Of a stretch of 64,000 bases of DNA, positions 8,766 to 18,279 are shown in pieces; position 1 is the first letter of the stretch, and every line of letters starts with the position of its first letter. A model generated the notes under the pieces. It had not been told where the DNA came from, did no database searches, and saw only the letters and a program-made list of their open reading frames with translations. The position numbers were made by a program, and so were the translations under genes. This DNA comes from an uncultured Candidatus Saccharibacteria bacterium (lineage in GTDB: Bacteria > Patescibacteriota > Minisyncoccia > Portnoybacterales > UBA2143), in the NCBI GenBank assembly GCA_964472495.1, contig CAYYLD010000002.1:27949-91948 (forward strand), in the 5' to 3' direction.

Positions 8766-10178
8766 ATGAAGCGTCTTTTAGCCGTTGAAACAATTAAGAA
8801 AACAGGGGAGTCAGTCAAGTTGGCTGGCTGGGTTCATCAACGCCGCGACCACGGCCAGATTATTTTTATTGATTTGAGAGACAAAAGCGGCTTAGTTCAG
8901 TTGGTCTTCACTCCCGAAAGTAAGGCCCTTTACCGGACAGCTAACTCTTTGCGGCCAGAATGGGTTATTAAAGCGGAAGGAAAAGTTAATCAACGACCCA
9001 AAGGAATGGATAATCCTAAGCTGCCGACCGGTCAAATTGAGATAGAGGTGACCAATTTAGAAGTTCTTAATCAAGCCAAGACACCGCCTTTTGAGATTAC
9101 TCAGACCAACACTGGCGGGAAGGAAGCCAATGAGGAACTTCGCTTAAAATACCGCTATTTGGATTTACGACGGCAAAAAATGAAAGATAATCTGGTCTGG
9201 CGGCATAAAGTAGTCAAAATAATCCGCGATTTCATGGATAGAGAGAACTTTACGGAAATAGAGACGCCTATTTTAACCAAGTCCACCCCTGAAGGAGCCA
9301 GAGATTTTCTGGTTCCCAGCCGAATTCATACAGGTCAATTTTACGCCTTGCCCCAGGCCCCTCAGCAACTCAAACAATTACTAATGGTCGCCGGCCTGGA
9401 AAAATATTTTCAGATTGCCCGTTGTTTTCGTGACGAAGATTTGCGGGGCGACCGCCAACCGGAATTCACTCAATTAGATATTGAAATGTCTTTTATTAAG
9501 CAGAAAGATATCTTAAATCTGGTTGAAAAGCTCTTTATCAAAATTGTTAAAGAGTTAGTTGAATTAGATAAAAGTTTGTCCAAGAAACTGACCTTTAAGC
9601 CGTTTTTTAAGTTAGATTACCAGGAAGCCATCAAAAAATATGGCACTGATAAACCGGATTTGAGAAAAAATAAAAAAGACCCCGATGAATTAGCCTTTGT
9701 CTGGATTTTGAATTGGCCTCTTTTTGAATGGAATAGCGATGAAAAAAGATACGATTCCTGTCATCATATTTTTACAGCCCCCCAAGAAAAAGATTTGCCT
9801 CTATTAGACAAAGAGCCTCTCAAAGTTCATTCTTGGCAACATGATTTAGTCCTTAATGGTCATGAAATTGGCGGCGGCAGTATCAGAATTCACCAGCGGG
9901 AGATTCAAGAGGAGATATTTAAATTAGTTGGTTTAACCAACGAAGAAACAGAGGAAAAATTCGGTCATTTACTGCGGGCCTTTGAATATGGAGCGCCGCC
10001 TCACGGCGGGATTGCTCTGGGCCTTGATCGTTTGCTGATGATTCTATTTAATGAAAAAAGCATCCGTCAGGTGATTGCTTTCCCAAAGAGCGGTGACGGC
10101 CGCGATTTGACCATGGAGGCGCCCAGTTCGGTTAGTCCGGAACAACTGAAAGAATTAGGGATAAAGATATCCCCTTGA
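8766..10178 (+). CDS. aspS: Aspartyl-tRNA synthetase, compact (GAD domain largely absent), probably non-discriminating
   Basis: RRDHG, PEGARDFLVPSR, FRDEDLRGDRQPEFTQLD and GAPPHGGIALGLDR motifs; 470 aa. Confidence 0.96.
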   Translation: MKRLLAVETIKKTGESVKLAGWVHQRRDHGQIIFIDLRDKSGLVQLVFTPESKALYRTANSLRPEWVIKAEGKVNQRPKGMDNPKLPTGQIEIEVTNLEVLNQAKTPPFEITQTNTGGKEANEELRLKYRYLDLRRQKMKDNLVWRHKVVKIIRDFMDRENFTEIETPILTKSTPEGARDFLVPSRIHTGQFYALPQAPQQLKQLLMVAGLEKYFQIARCFRDEDLRGDRQPEFTQLDIEMSFIKQKDILNLVEKLFIKIVKELVELDKSLSKKLTFKPFFKLDYQEAIKKYGTDKPDLRKNKKDPDELAFVWILNWPLFEWNSDEKRYDSCHHIFTAPQEKDLPLLDKEPLKVHSWQHDLVLNGHEIGGGSIRIHQREIQEEIFKLVGLTNEETEEKFGHLLRAFEYGAPPHGGIALGLDRLLMILFNEKSIRQVIAFPKSGDGRDLTMEAPSSVSPEQLKELGIKISP

Positions 10179-10199
10179 TTAATATATAGTTAGATTTAG

Positions 10200-10365
10200 A
10201 AGCTCAACCTAACCATTTCGAGAAGCTTAGATGACAAAAGATACCAACTAAGAGGGAAGGGTAATGAAGAACTCTTTTGTCATCTTAGAGCAGCCGCTTA
10301 AATAATAAATGGAGAACAATGGCGTCACGGCGGCTGCGTCTTCAAGAAATGGTTAGGTTGAGCTT
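10200..10365. ncRNA. Structured three-way-junction element, copy 2
   Basis: Outer stem agctcaacctaaccattt/aaatggttaggttgagct; same inner stems as copy 1. Confidence 0.6.
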
Positions 10366-10377
10366 TGACAAGAGACG

Positions 10378-11436
10378 ATGTTGACTAAGTTCTTGACCAC
10401 TGTTTTTATTTTACTTAATCCGCTTAATTTTTTATTCGGCCAGTCATCAGGACAAGCTAACTTTGAGCAAACTTCTTTACCTCCTCAGCCGCTACCCGAG
10501 ACAAACTCTTTGACAATTGACTTCCGTCCCGGTTTAGCCAATATTATTTCCGGCTTTGTCATCTCGGCTGCCCAGGGGACTAATCCTGATTTTTTGCCTA
10601 TTCGCAACTGGAACGTTGACGAACCAAAAGTTAAAGCCGAAGCGGCCTTAATTTTTGAATCAGATAAGGATAAAATTCTTTATCAAAAAAATATTGAAGA
10701 AGTTTTGCCCGTGGCCAGCTTAACTAAATTGATGACCGGCCTAATCGTCTTGGAAAATTTGGATTTAGACCAGGTGGTAACCGTCAGTCAAAAAGCAGTT
10801 GCCGCCTACGGCGATAACGGCGGTTTGGTTATTGATGAAGAAATCTCGGTTAGAAGTCTTCTTTACATCCTGCTGATGGAATCAAGCAACGACGCCGCTG
10901 TGGCTTTAGCTGAGGCGCTTGAGGCATCTGAAAATCTGCGAAGGTTTAACCTTCGCAGATACGAAGGTTTAACCTTCGCAGACCTCTTTACAAACCTGAT
11001 GAATGAAAAAGCCGAAGAATTAGGCCTGTCCAAGACCAATTTTGTCGAGCCAACCGGTTATCAGCCAGCCAATCTGTCAACGGCTCTTGATTTAGCCGAA
11101 TTAGTCAAATATACTTTAAATCAGTCACTCCTTTGGCAGATTCTCAGGACAAAAACGATTGATGTATCTTCAATTGATAATTCTGTTAATCATCATTTAA
11201 CCAATACCAATCAGCTATTAGGCCATTGGCCGAATATCATTGGCGGCAAAACCGGTTATACCGAAGAAGCGCAGGGCTGTCTCATTTTAGTTATCAGTCA
11301 GGATTTAGATAAAATGAGAAACTATTTTGACCAAGATTCTTCTGCTTGTCTGATTATTATTGTTTTAGGGGCTGAAGATAGATTTTTAGAAACAGAAAAA
11401 TTAGTTAATTGGGTCAACCAGGCCTATATCTGGTAA
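10378..11436 (+). CDS. D-alanyl-D-alanine carboxypeptidase (peptidase S11)
   Basis: SxxK (ASLTK), SxN (SSN) and KTG motifs; upstream of mraY. Confidence 0.92.
   Translation: MLTKFLTTVFILLNPLNFLFGQSSGQANFEQTSLPPQPLPETNSLTIDFRPGLANIISGFVISAAQGTNPDFLPIRNWNVDEPKVKAEAALIFESDKDKILYQKNIEEVLPVASLTKLMTGLIVLENLDLDQVVTVSQKAVAAYGDNGGLVIDEEISVRSLLYILLMESSNDAAVALAEALEASENLRRFNLRRYEGLTFADLFTNLMNEKAEELGLSKTNFVEPTGYQPANLSTALDLAELVKYTLNQSLLWQILRTKTIDVSSIDNSVNHHLTNTNQLLGHWPNIIGGKTGYTEEAQGCLILVISQDLDKMRNYFDQDSSACLIIIVLGAEDRFLETEKLVNWVNQAYIW
10934..10982. repeat. In-frame palindromic insertion in the S11 peptidase gene
   Basis: atctgcgaaggtttaaccttcgcagat palindrome plus a tandem partial copy; encodes NLRRFNLRRYEGLTFAD. 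Confidence 0.75.
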
Positions 11437-11446
11437 ATAAGTAGAT

Positions 11447-11474
11447 AAGGGACGCCCTTGAAAGGGCGTCCCTT
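11447..11474. repeat. GGGACGCCC/GGGCGTCCC REP-like hairpin
   Basis: aagggacgccctt-ga-aagggcgtccctt; family members at 15165 and 45267. Confidence 0.75.
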
Positions 11475-11486
11475 GGAATCAAATCT

Positions 11487-12533
11487 ATGCCTGATATTTT
11501 TCATCTTTCTCGTCTCTTAGGATTAGCTGCTATTTCCTTCATTTTTGCTTTGGCTTGGACACCAGCTTTAGTCCATTTTCTGGAAAAGTATCGTTTGGGT
11601 AAGCAAATTCGGTTCGCCAACGTACCTGTTTTCGCCAGTCTTCATAAGAAAAAAGAAGGAACTCCGACTATGGGCGGCATTTTGGTTTGGGGAACTATTT
11701 TAGTTATCACTTTACTTTTCTGGTGGGCTGGCCAAATAGGCCAGGGGACTATTTTTGAGAAAATAAGCTTTTTAAGCCGCGGCCAGACGCTTCTGCCTTT
11801 AGGCGCCTTAGTTGCTTCAGCTTTGGTTGGCTTGGGTGATGATTTATTAGGCGTTTTTAAAAGGGGTTCTAATGGAGGCGGCTTACACATGCGGCACCGC
11901 CTCTTAATTTATACAGCCATTGCCGCTTTTGGCGCTTGGTGGTTCTTTTGGAAATTAGACTGGGATTTAATTCATGTCCCTTTTGTCGGCGATTTTAATA
12001 TCGGCTGGTGGTATATCCCTCTCTTTATTTTCGTTCTGGTCGCGACAGCTTTTTCAGTTAACGAAACCGACGGATTGGATGGTTTAGTCGGCGGTATCCT
12101 TTTAATTGCTTTTGGCGCTTACGGAGTCATCGCCTTTTCTCAAGGAAAAATGGATTTAGCCGTTTTTTGTGGAGTAATTATCGGCGCTTTGTTAGCTTTT
12201 CTTTGGTTCAATATTCATCCGGCCCGCTTTTTTATGGGCGATACCGGAGCAATGTCCCTAGGTATCACTTTGGGAATTATTGCTATGTTAACTAATGCCT
12301 TCCTACTGCTGCCTTTGATTGGCTTTATCTTGGTTATGGAATCTGCCTCGGTAATCATTCAACTCCTTTCTAAAGTAATCCGCCAGAAAAAGATTTTTCT
12401 TTCCACGCCGATTCATCACCATTTTGAAGCTATTGGCTGGCCGGAAACAAAGGTGACTATGCGTTTCTGGATAGTCGGCGGGGTCATGGCCGCTATCGGT
12501 TTGATTCTGGTCTTCATTGAGAAAATTATTTGA
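11487..12533 (+). CDS. mraY: Phospho-N-acetylmuramoyl-pentapeptide transferase
   Basis: GTPTMGG, NETDGLDGL, FMGDTG and PIHHHFE motifs. Confidence 0.97.
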   Translation: MPDIFHLSRLLGLAAISFIFALAWTPALVHFLEKYRLGKQIRFANVPVFASLHKKKEGTPTMGGILVWGTILVITLLFWWAGQIGQGTIFEKISFLSRGQTLLPLGALVASALVGLGDDLLGVFKRGSNGGGLHMRHRLLIYTAIAAFGAWWFFWKLDWDLIHVPFVGDFNIGWWYIPLFIFVLVATAFSVNETDGLDGLVGGILLIAFGAYGVIAFSQGKMDLAVFCGVIIGALLAFLWFNIHPARFFMGDTGAMSLGITLGIIAMLTNAFLLLPLIGFILVMESASVIIQLLSKVIRQKKIFLSTPIHHHFEAIGWPETKVTMRFWIVGGVMAAIGLILVFIEKII

Positions 12534-12550
12534 GCCTCTTTAGCTAAGTT

Positions 12551-14005
12551 ATGAAAATCAGTAATTTCAAAAACAAAAAAGTAACGATTATCGGTTTAGG
12601 ACTACATGGCGGTGGTGTCGGCGTAGCTAAATTCTTCAGTCGTTTGGGGGCCAAGGTTTTAGTTACTGATTTAAGAGACAAAGAGGAACTAAAAGAATCC
12701 TTAGAAAAACTCAAAGGCAGACCAATAAAATATGTTTTGAATCAGCATCGGCCGGAAGATTTTATCAATACTGATTTGGTCATTAAAAATCCGGCTGTTC
12801 CGGAAAAATCTAAATATCTGGAAATAGCTCGTCAACACGGCGTACCTATTGAAACGGATGTAGGGATGTTCTTTGAGCTTTGTCCAGCGCCGATTATCGG
12901 CATAACCGGCAGCAAAGGCAAGTCAACAGTGGCTACTCTGACCGCTAAGTTTCTGACCAAAAAATATAGTGACGTTATTTTAGCTGGCAATATCCGCAGT
13001 TCCGTCTTAACTAAATTAAAAAAGATTAATAAAGATAGTTTGGTTGTCTTAGAGCTTTCCAGTTGGCAATTGGCTGGCTTGAGGTCTCATCGAAAAAGCC
13101 CCCGCTGTTCAGTAATAACCAATATTCTGCCCGACCATCTCAATCGCTACAAGAACATCGAAGAATATATTGAGGATAAGAAAGAAATTTTCCGTTGGCA
13201 GAAAGCGAAACCTCATCAGAAGAGACAAGATATCTTCCAAGGCAGAGATTATCTAATCCTTAATTACGATGATAAAATAGTCAGGGATTTTGCCAGTCAA
13301 GCTAAATCACAAGTATTTTATTATAGTCAGGATAACGGCATCACTTCCAACTTGGAGAAAGCTAATTTAGCTGCTTTCGTCAAGGGAGAAAAAATCCTTT
13401 TTGGTCAGGATAAAAAAGAAGAAATTTGTTCTTTGGAAGACGTTCGTTTAAGAGGCAAGCATAATATTGACAATGTTTTAGCCGCTATCAGCGTAGCCAA
13501 ATTATGCCAAGTTTCTAATAAATCAATTAAAAAAGTTCTTGATAAATTTAAAGGTCTGGAAGGCCGCTTGGAATTAATTAAAATAGTTAACCAAGTTAAA
13601 TATATTAACGATACGGCCGCGACCATCCCCGAAGCCACTTTAGCTGCTTTAACTTCTTTCCCCCTGAAGAAAAATATTATCCTTATTGCCGGTGGAGCTG
13701 ACAAAAATTTAAATTTTGACCAGCTGGCTGAAATATTGGTTAGAAAAGTAAAAAGTTTGATTCTTTTAGAAGGAACAGCTACGGCTAAACTGAAACAGGC
13801 AGTCGAAAATCAGATTGCCCTGACTAATAATCAATTGGAAATAATTGGTCCGCTAGATAGCATGAAAGAAGCGGTTTCGGAAGCTAGTGCCAGAGCGATT
13901 AAGAAAGATATTGTTTTGCTTTCGCCAGCCTGCGCCAGTTTTGGTCTTTTCAGGCATGAATTTGAAAGAGGCGAAGCTTTTATTAAGGCCGTTAATAGAT
14001 TATAA
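12551..14005 (+). CDS. murD: UDP-N-acetylmuramoyl-L-alanine--D-glutamate ligase
   Basis: GITGSKGKST, LELSSWQL, DHLNRY and LLSPACASF motifs. Confidence 0.96.
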   Translation: MKISNFKNKKVTIIGLGLHGGGVGVAKFFSRLGAKVLVTDLRDKEELKESLEKLKGRPIKYVLNQHRPEDFINTDLVIKNPAVPEKSKYLEIARQHGVPIETDVGMFFELCPAPIIGITGSKGKSTVATLTAKFLTKKYSDVILAGNIRSSVLTKLKKINKDSLVVLELSSWQLAGLRSHRKSPRCSVITNILPDHLNRYKNIEEYIEDKKEIFRWQKAKPHQKRQDIFQGRDYLILNYDDKIVRDFASQAKSQVFYYSQDNGITSNLEKANLAAFVKGEKILFGQDKKEEICSLEDVRLRGKHNIDNVLAAISVAKLCQVSNKSIKKVLDKFKGLEGRLELIKIVNQVKYINDTAATIPEATLAALTSFPLKKNIILIAGGADKNLNFDQLAEILVRKVKSLILLEGTATAKLKQAVENQIALTNNQLEIIGPLDSMKEAVSEASARAIKKDIVLLSPACASFGLFRHEFERGEAFIKAVNRL

Positions 14006-14062
14006 TTCAATCATCATTTCTGTTTTGTTTTGCCCAGCCATAAACGCCTCTGACAAGTTTCT

Positions 14063-15154
14063 ATGAAAGCTCATCAACCAGATTATATTCTCATTTTTCT
14101 CATCTTGTTTATGGTTGCTTTTGGTTTAGTGATTATCGCCAATCCGTCCATAGTTCTTTCCCAGGAAAATTTTAAAGAGAGTTATTATTTCTTGAAGCAT
14201 CAGGGACTTAATGTCCTTTTGGGACTGATTTTTTTCTTTATTGCTCAGCGTATTTATTATAAACATTGGCAAAAATTCGCTTTTTTCTTATTGATTTCAA
14301 GTATTGCTCTTTTAATTTTGGTCTTCATTCCCGGATTGGGTTACGGCTCTGGTCAGGCCAGAAGATGGATTATTTTAGGCCCTTTTTCTTTTCAGCCCTT
14401 TGAATTAGTCAAACTGACTTTTATTTTCTATTTAGCCGCCTTGCTTAGTAAAAAAGGAAGAAATAATCAGCAAATAATTAAAGAAAGCTTAATCCCTTTT
14501 TTGGTGACCGCTGGGATAATTACCTTTTTAATTCTTAGTCAACCCGACTTTAGCGCCTTGATTATTCTAATAGCCATTGCCCTGACTATTTACTTTTTGG
14601 CCGGGATGAATATATCTTATCTTTTGGCCTTTGCCGGTCTAGCTTTGGTTGGTTTTTTGGTTCTGATTAAAATGGCTGCTTACCGAATGAATCGTTTGAT
14701 TGTTTATCTTCATCCGGAAATGGACCCTCGAGGCATCGGCTATCAGATTAATCAGGCCTTATTAGCTATTGGTTCAGGAGGTCTTTTTGGCTTAGGTCTC
14801 GGTCATAGTATTCAGAAATGGCGCTATCTGCCTGAACCAATTGGCGACTCTGTTTTTGCTATTATTGCCGAAGAACTAGGCTTGATTGGCGCCGCTTTTT
14901 TGGTTGCTCTCTTCGTCCTTTTGGCTTGGCGAGGATTGAAAATTGCCCGTCAGGCACCGGACAGATTTGGCCTCCTTCTGGCTGGCGGTATTACCGGCTG
15001 GTTATTCTTCCAGGCCTTTATTAATGTAGCTGCCATTTCCGGTTTAGTTCCTTTAACTGGTCTGCCTTTACCTTTAATCAGTTACGGCGGCTCGGCCATG
15101 GTTGTTTCTTTAACCGCTTTAGGCGTTTTAGTTAACGTTTCAAAATATACCTAG
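14063..15154 (+). CDS. ftsW: SEDS peptidoglycan polymerase FtsW
   Basis: ARRWI, QPFELVK, QPDF, GYQ...GSGG and LPLISYGGS motifs; lies between murD and murG. Confidence 0.95.
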   Translation: MKAHQPDYILIFLILFMVAFGLVIIANPSIVLSQENFKESYYFLKHQGLNVLLGLIFFFIAQRIYYKHWQKFAFFLLISSIALLILVFIPGLGYGSGQARRWIILGPFSFQPFELVKLTFIFYLAALLSKKGRNNQQIIKESLIPFLVTAGIITFLILSQPDFSALIILIAIALTIYFLAGMNISYLLAFAGLALVGFLVLIKMAAYRMNRLIVYLHPEMDPRGIGYQINQALLAIGSGGLFGLGLGHSIQKWRYLPEPIGDSVFAIIAEELGLIGAAFLVALFVLLAWRGLKIARQAPDRFGLLLAGGITGWLFFQAFINVAAISGLVPLTGLPLPLISYGGSAMVVSLTALGVLVNVSKYT

Positions 15155-15164
15155 AGCGTCAGCG

Positions 15165-15197
15165 GGGGCGTCCCTTTTTAGTAAAAAGGGACGCCCC
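15165..15197. repeat. GGGCGTCCC/GGGACGCCC REP-like hairpin
   Basis: ggggcgtcccttttta-g-taaaaagggacgcccc, a near-perfect palindrome. Confidence 0.8.
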
Positions 15198-15205
15198 AGG
15201 AAGAT

Positions 15206-16351
15206 ATGCGAATACTTTTTACCGGCGGCGGCACTGGTGGGCACATTTTTCCCATCATTGCTTTAGCCAGACAATTAAAACAAATTCACACTCAATCAAT
15301 GACTCCGATTGGTCCGGCTGAGGAGACTACTTTAGAAATGTTTTTTCTAGGACCTGATGGCTGGACTAAGGAATTACTCAAAAAAGAAGGTATTAGAACT
15401 AGAATAATTTTAGCTGGCAAATTGAGACGCTATTTTTCTGTTTGGACTCTTTTTGATTTAATTAAGATGCCCTTGGGTTTGTTGCAATCACTTTGGTATC
15501 TTTATTTCTGGATGCCCGACGTTATCTTCAGTAAAGGAGGTTACGGCAGTATGCCGGTCGTTTTAATTGGTTGGCTTTACCGGATTCCTATCTTAATCCA
15601 TGAATCAGATACCGTCCCCGGTTTGACTAATCGCTGGGCCGCTAAATTATCTCAAAGAATTGCTCTCTCTTTTGATTCGGCTGAAGAATATTTTCCTCCT
15701 CAAAAAACCGCCTTGGTCGGCAACCCAGTCCGTTCAGAAGTTATTCAAATTTGTCAGATGGTCAGCCAAGAGGTGGAAGAAGAGGCCAAGAAACTTTTTC
15801 AAATTAACGGCCAAAAACCAATCCTTCTTATTCTGGGCGGCAGTCAAGGAGCTCACTCATTAAATGAATTTATTTTACAACTTTTACCTCAGCTTTTAGA
15901 AAATTATGAAATTATTCATCAAGTTGGCTCAAAGAATTACCACCAAATTGAAAAGAAAGTCGGCCAAAACCAGCTAGTTAATTATCATTTTTATGCCTTT
16001 TTAGATGAAAACCAGTATGCGGCTGCTTATCTTTTAGCTGGTTTAGTTATTTCCCGGGCCGGGGCGGGGACTATCTTTGAAATGGCTGCCTGTGCTAAAC
16101 CAAGTATTTTAATTCCCTTGCCTCAAGCAGCTGCTGACCACCAAAGGAAGAATGCTTTTGCTTATGCCCGAGCCGGGGCTACCTTAGTTATTGAACAAGC
16201 CAATCTGACTCCCAACCTTTTCTTAAATAAAATTAACCAGATTCTGAGTAATCCTGAATTAGCCCGAAAGATGTCTCAAAGCGCCCAGAATTTTTATCAA
16301 CCAGAAGCCGCTCAAAAAATCGGCCAGGAATTGATTGAAATGGGAAGATAG
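15206..16351 (+). CDS. murG: MurG lipid II GlcNAc transferase
   Basis: GGGTGGHIFP, GNPVR, GGSQGA and SRAGAGT motifs. Confidence 0.97.
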   Translation: MRILFTGGGTGGHIFPIIALARQLKQIHTQSMTPIGPAEETTLEMFFLGPDGWTKELLKKEGIRTRIILAGKLRRYFSVWTLFDLIKMPLGLLQSLWYLYFWMPDVIFSKGGYGSMPVVLIGWLYRIPILIHESDTVPGLTNRWAAKLSQRIALSFDSAEEYFPPQKTALVGNPVRSEVIQICQMVSQEVEEEAKKLFQINGQKPILLILGGSQGAHSLNEFILQLLPQLLENYEIIHQVGSKNYHQIEKKVGQNQLVNYHFYAFLDENQYAAAYLLAGLVISRAGAGTIFEMAACAKPSILIPLPQAAADHQRKNAFAYARAGATLVIEQANLTPNLFLNKINQILSNPELARKMSQSAQNFYQPEAAQKIGQELIEMGR

Positions 16352-16352
16352 T

Positions 16353-17771
16353 ATGGTTAAAATTCAACCAATTAGAGTCAGAATTGCGCCCAGTCCGACC
16401 GGACCGCTGCATTTAGGCACAGCCCGTACTGCTCTTTTTAATTATCTATTTGCCCGAAAAAACAAGGGTGAGTTTATTCTGCGCATTGAAGATACTGATA
16501 TAGAGCGTTCGGAAAAGAAATATGAAAAAGAAATAATTGATTATCTTAAATGGCTGGGGATTCAATGGGATGAAAAAATTTATCGACAGAGCGAACGGAT
16601 TACTCTTTATCAAAAATACATTAAGAAACTGCTTGATTCGGGTCAGGCCTTTTGGTGTTATCATAGTCAAGAAGAATTAGTCCAGGAAAAAGAAGAACAG
16701 ATGAAAAGAGGAGAGGGGCCACGTCATCTTTGCCAGCATAAAGACCAGTCGCCTAAAGCAAAAAAAGGAGGTATTATCAGATTCCGCTGCCCGGATAAAA
16801 AAGTGGTTTTCAATGATTTAATTCGCGGTCATTTAGAATTTGACGGTCGTTTGTTAGGCGACATTAGTATTGCTAAAGACGAAAAAACGCCTCTCTATAA
16901 TTTCAGCGTGGTCATTGACGATTATGAAATGAAAATGAGCCATGTTATCCGCGGCGAAGACCATATTTCCAACACTCCCAAGCAGATTTTAATCGGCCAA
17001 GCCCTCGGCTTTCCTCAACCTCAATTCGCTCATTTGCCCCTTATCTTAGGCCCGGACAAAAGCAAACTAAGCAAACGCCACGGAGCGGTCTCGGTCAGTT
17101 GGTATAAAAAAGAGGGATATTTACCGGAAGCGCTGGTTAATTTTATGGTTCTGCTCGGCTGGAATCCGGGGACAACCAAAGAATTTTTTTCTCTTGAAGA
17201 GCTAGCTAAAGAATTCTCTTTGGAACGGGTTCAGAAAGGAGGAGCCATTTTCAATCTGCAGCGCCTGGACTGGCTCAACGGATATTATATCCGCCAGATG
17301 GATTTAGATGATTTAACCAAAAAATGCCTGCCGTATTTAGAATCGTCATTACGAGGAGCCGGAGGCGACAAAGCAATCCCGTTTGATTATGCCAAAAAAA
17401 TAGTCGCCTTAGAGCAAGAGCGGTTAAAGAAGCTGTCTGAAATAGGGGATTTAACCAAATTCTTCTTTTTAGACAAATTGGACTATCCAGCCGAGTTGCT
17501 TATCTGGAAGAAAATGACCCTCCAAGAGGTCAAAAATAATCTTGACATGCTAGAGGAAAAATTGTCTAAAATGAACAAATTTGACCGGAAATCGCTGGAG
17601 GGAGCTTTGATGCCCTTGGCTAAGAAACACGGCTCTGGCGAGCTCCTATGGCCTCTGAGAGTGGCTTTAACCGGCCAAAAAGCCTCGCCGCCGCCCTTTG
17701 AAATAGCCGAAATCCTGGGTAAAGAAAAAACTTTGAAGAGGATTATAGAAGCTAAGGCGAGGATAAAATAA
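16353..17771 (+). CDS. gltX: Glutamyl-tRNA synthetase
   Basis: RIAPSPTGPLHLG, IRGEDH and KLSKR motifs; ATG at 16353. Confidence 0.97.
   Translation: MVKIQPIRVRIAPSPTGPLHLGTARTALFNYLFARKNKGEFILRIEDTDIERSEKKYEKEIIDYLKWLGIQWDEKIYRQSERITLYQKYIKKLLDSGQAFWCYHSQEELVQEKEEQMKRGEGPRHLCQHKDQSPKAKKGGIIRFRCPDKKVVFNDLIRGHLEFDGRLLGDISIAKDEKTPLYNFSVVIDDYEMKMSHVIRGEDHISNTPKQILIGQALGFPQPQFAHLPLILGPDKSKLSKRHGAVSVSWYKKEGYLPEALVNFMVLLGWNPGTTKEFFSLEELAKEFSLERVQKGGAIFNLQRLDWLNGYYIRQMDLDDLTKKCLPYLESSLRGAGGDKAIPFDYAKKIVALEQERLKKLSEIGDLTKFFFLDKLDYPAELLIWKKMTLQEVKNNLDMLEEKLSKMNKFDRKSLEGALMPLAKKHGSGELLWPLRVALTGQKASPPPFEIAEILGKEKTLKRIIEAKARIK
17345..17380 (+). repeat. REP/RPE-like element in frame within gltX
   Basis: gtcattacgaggagccggaggcgacaaagcaatccc resembles the GTCATTGCGAG...GCGACGAAGCAATCC palindromic-element type; encodes SLRGAGGDKAIP. 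Confidence 0.6.
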
Positions 17772-17859
17772 AAACTCCCAAGTCCGTAATTCGGTCTTGG
17801 GAGAGAGTGAAAAAGAGAGTAGTAGGAAAGTTGTCTGAGGGGATCCAGGAGAACCTTTT

Positions 17860-18150
17860 CTATGCCTGACCGGGTTGTACAAACCGATAACAAAAAGAGG
17901 CGTAATCATGCTTTCTTACCTCCAGTAAGAGGGCGATACCGATCAGCTCGACTATCTTCTCGTAATCGGACGCGGTCATTTTACTAGAGAATCCCGTGAA
18001 TGCTCCTATTGATTTCCATTCCCCCTTGCCTTCACTCATGGCTCCCATCCGATAGAATCTGAGTATGCCCTCTTTATCTATGGTAACCATGTCATCGGGC
18101 CGGATAATCGTCAGCTTGTCCCTGAATCTTAGAAAATCTCGATGGTTCAT
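17860..18150 (-). CDS. Hypothetical protein (ORFan cassette)
   Basis: SD AGGAGG; TTGACA at 18249-18244; terminator hairpin ~17775-17805. Confidence 0.65.
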   Translation of the reverse strand: MNHRDFLRFRDKLTIIRPDDMVTIDKEGILRFYRMGAMSEGKGEWKSIGAFTGFSSKMTASDYEKIVELIGIALLLEVRKHDYASFCYRFVQPGQA

Positions 18151-18279
18151 TTTTTCCTCCTAAATAATTATAAGTTTTAAGGTTCATCCTTTTATTTTAT
18201 GCGACAAAAGAATTGTTATATATATAACATATTTAATAGAATCTGTCAATTTTTCTGGCGAGACCTGATAATAGTTTTG

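Noticed and set aside
10319-10384. 21-codon GGAG-led micro-ORF inside element copy 2 as a leader peptide
   Set aside because: The ATG and SD fall in a variable block and are absent in copies 1 and 3.
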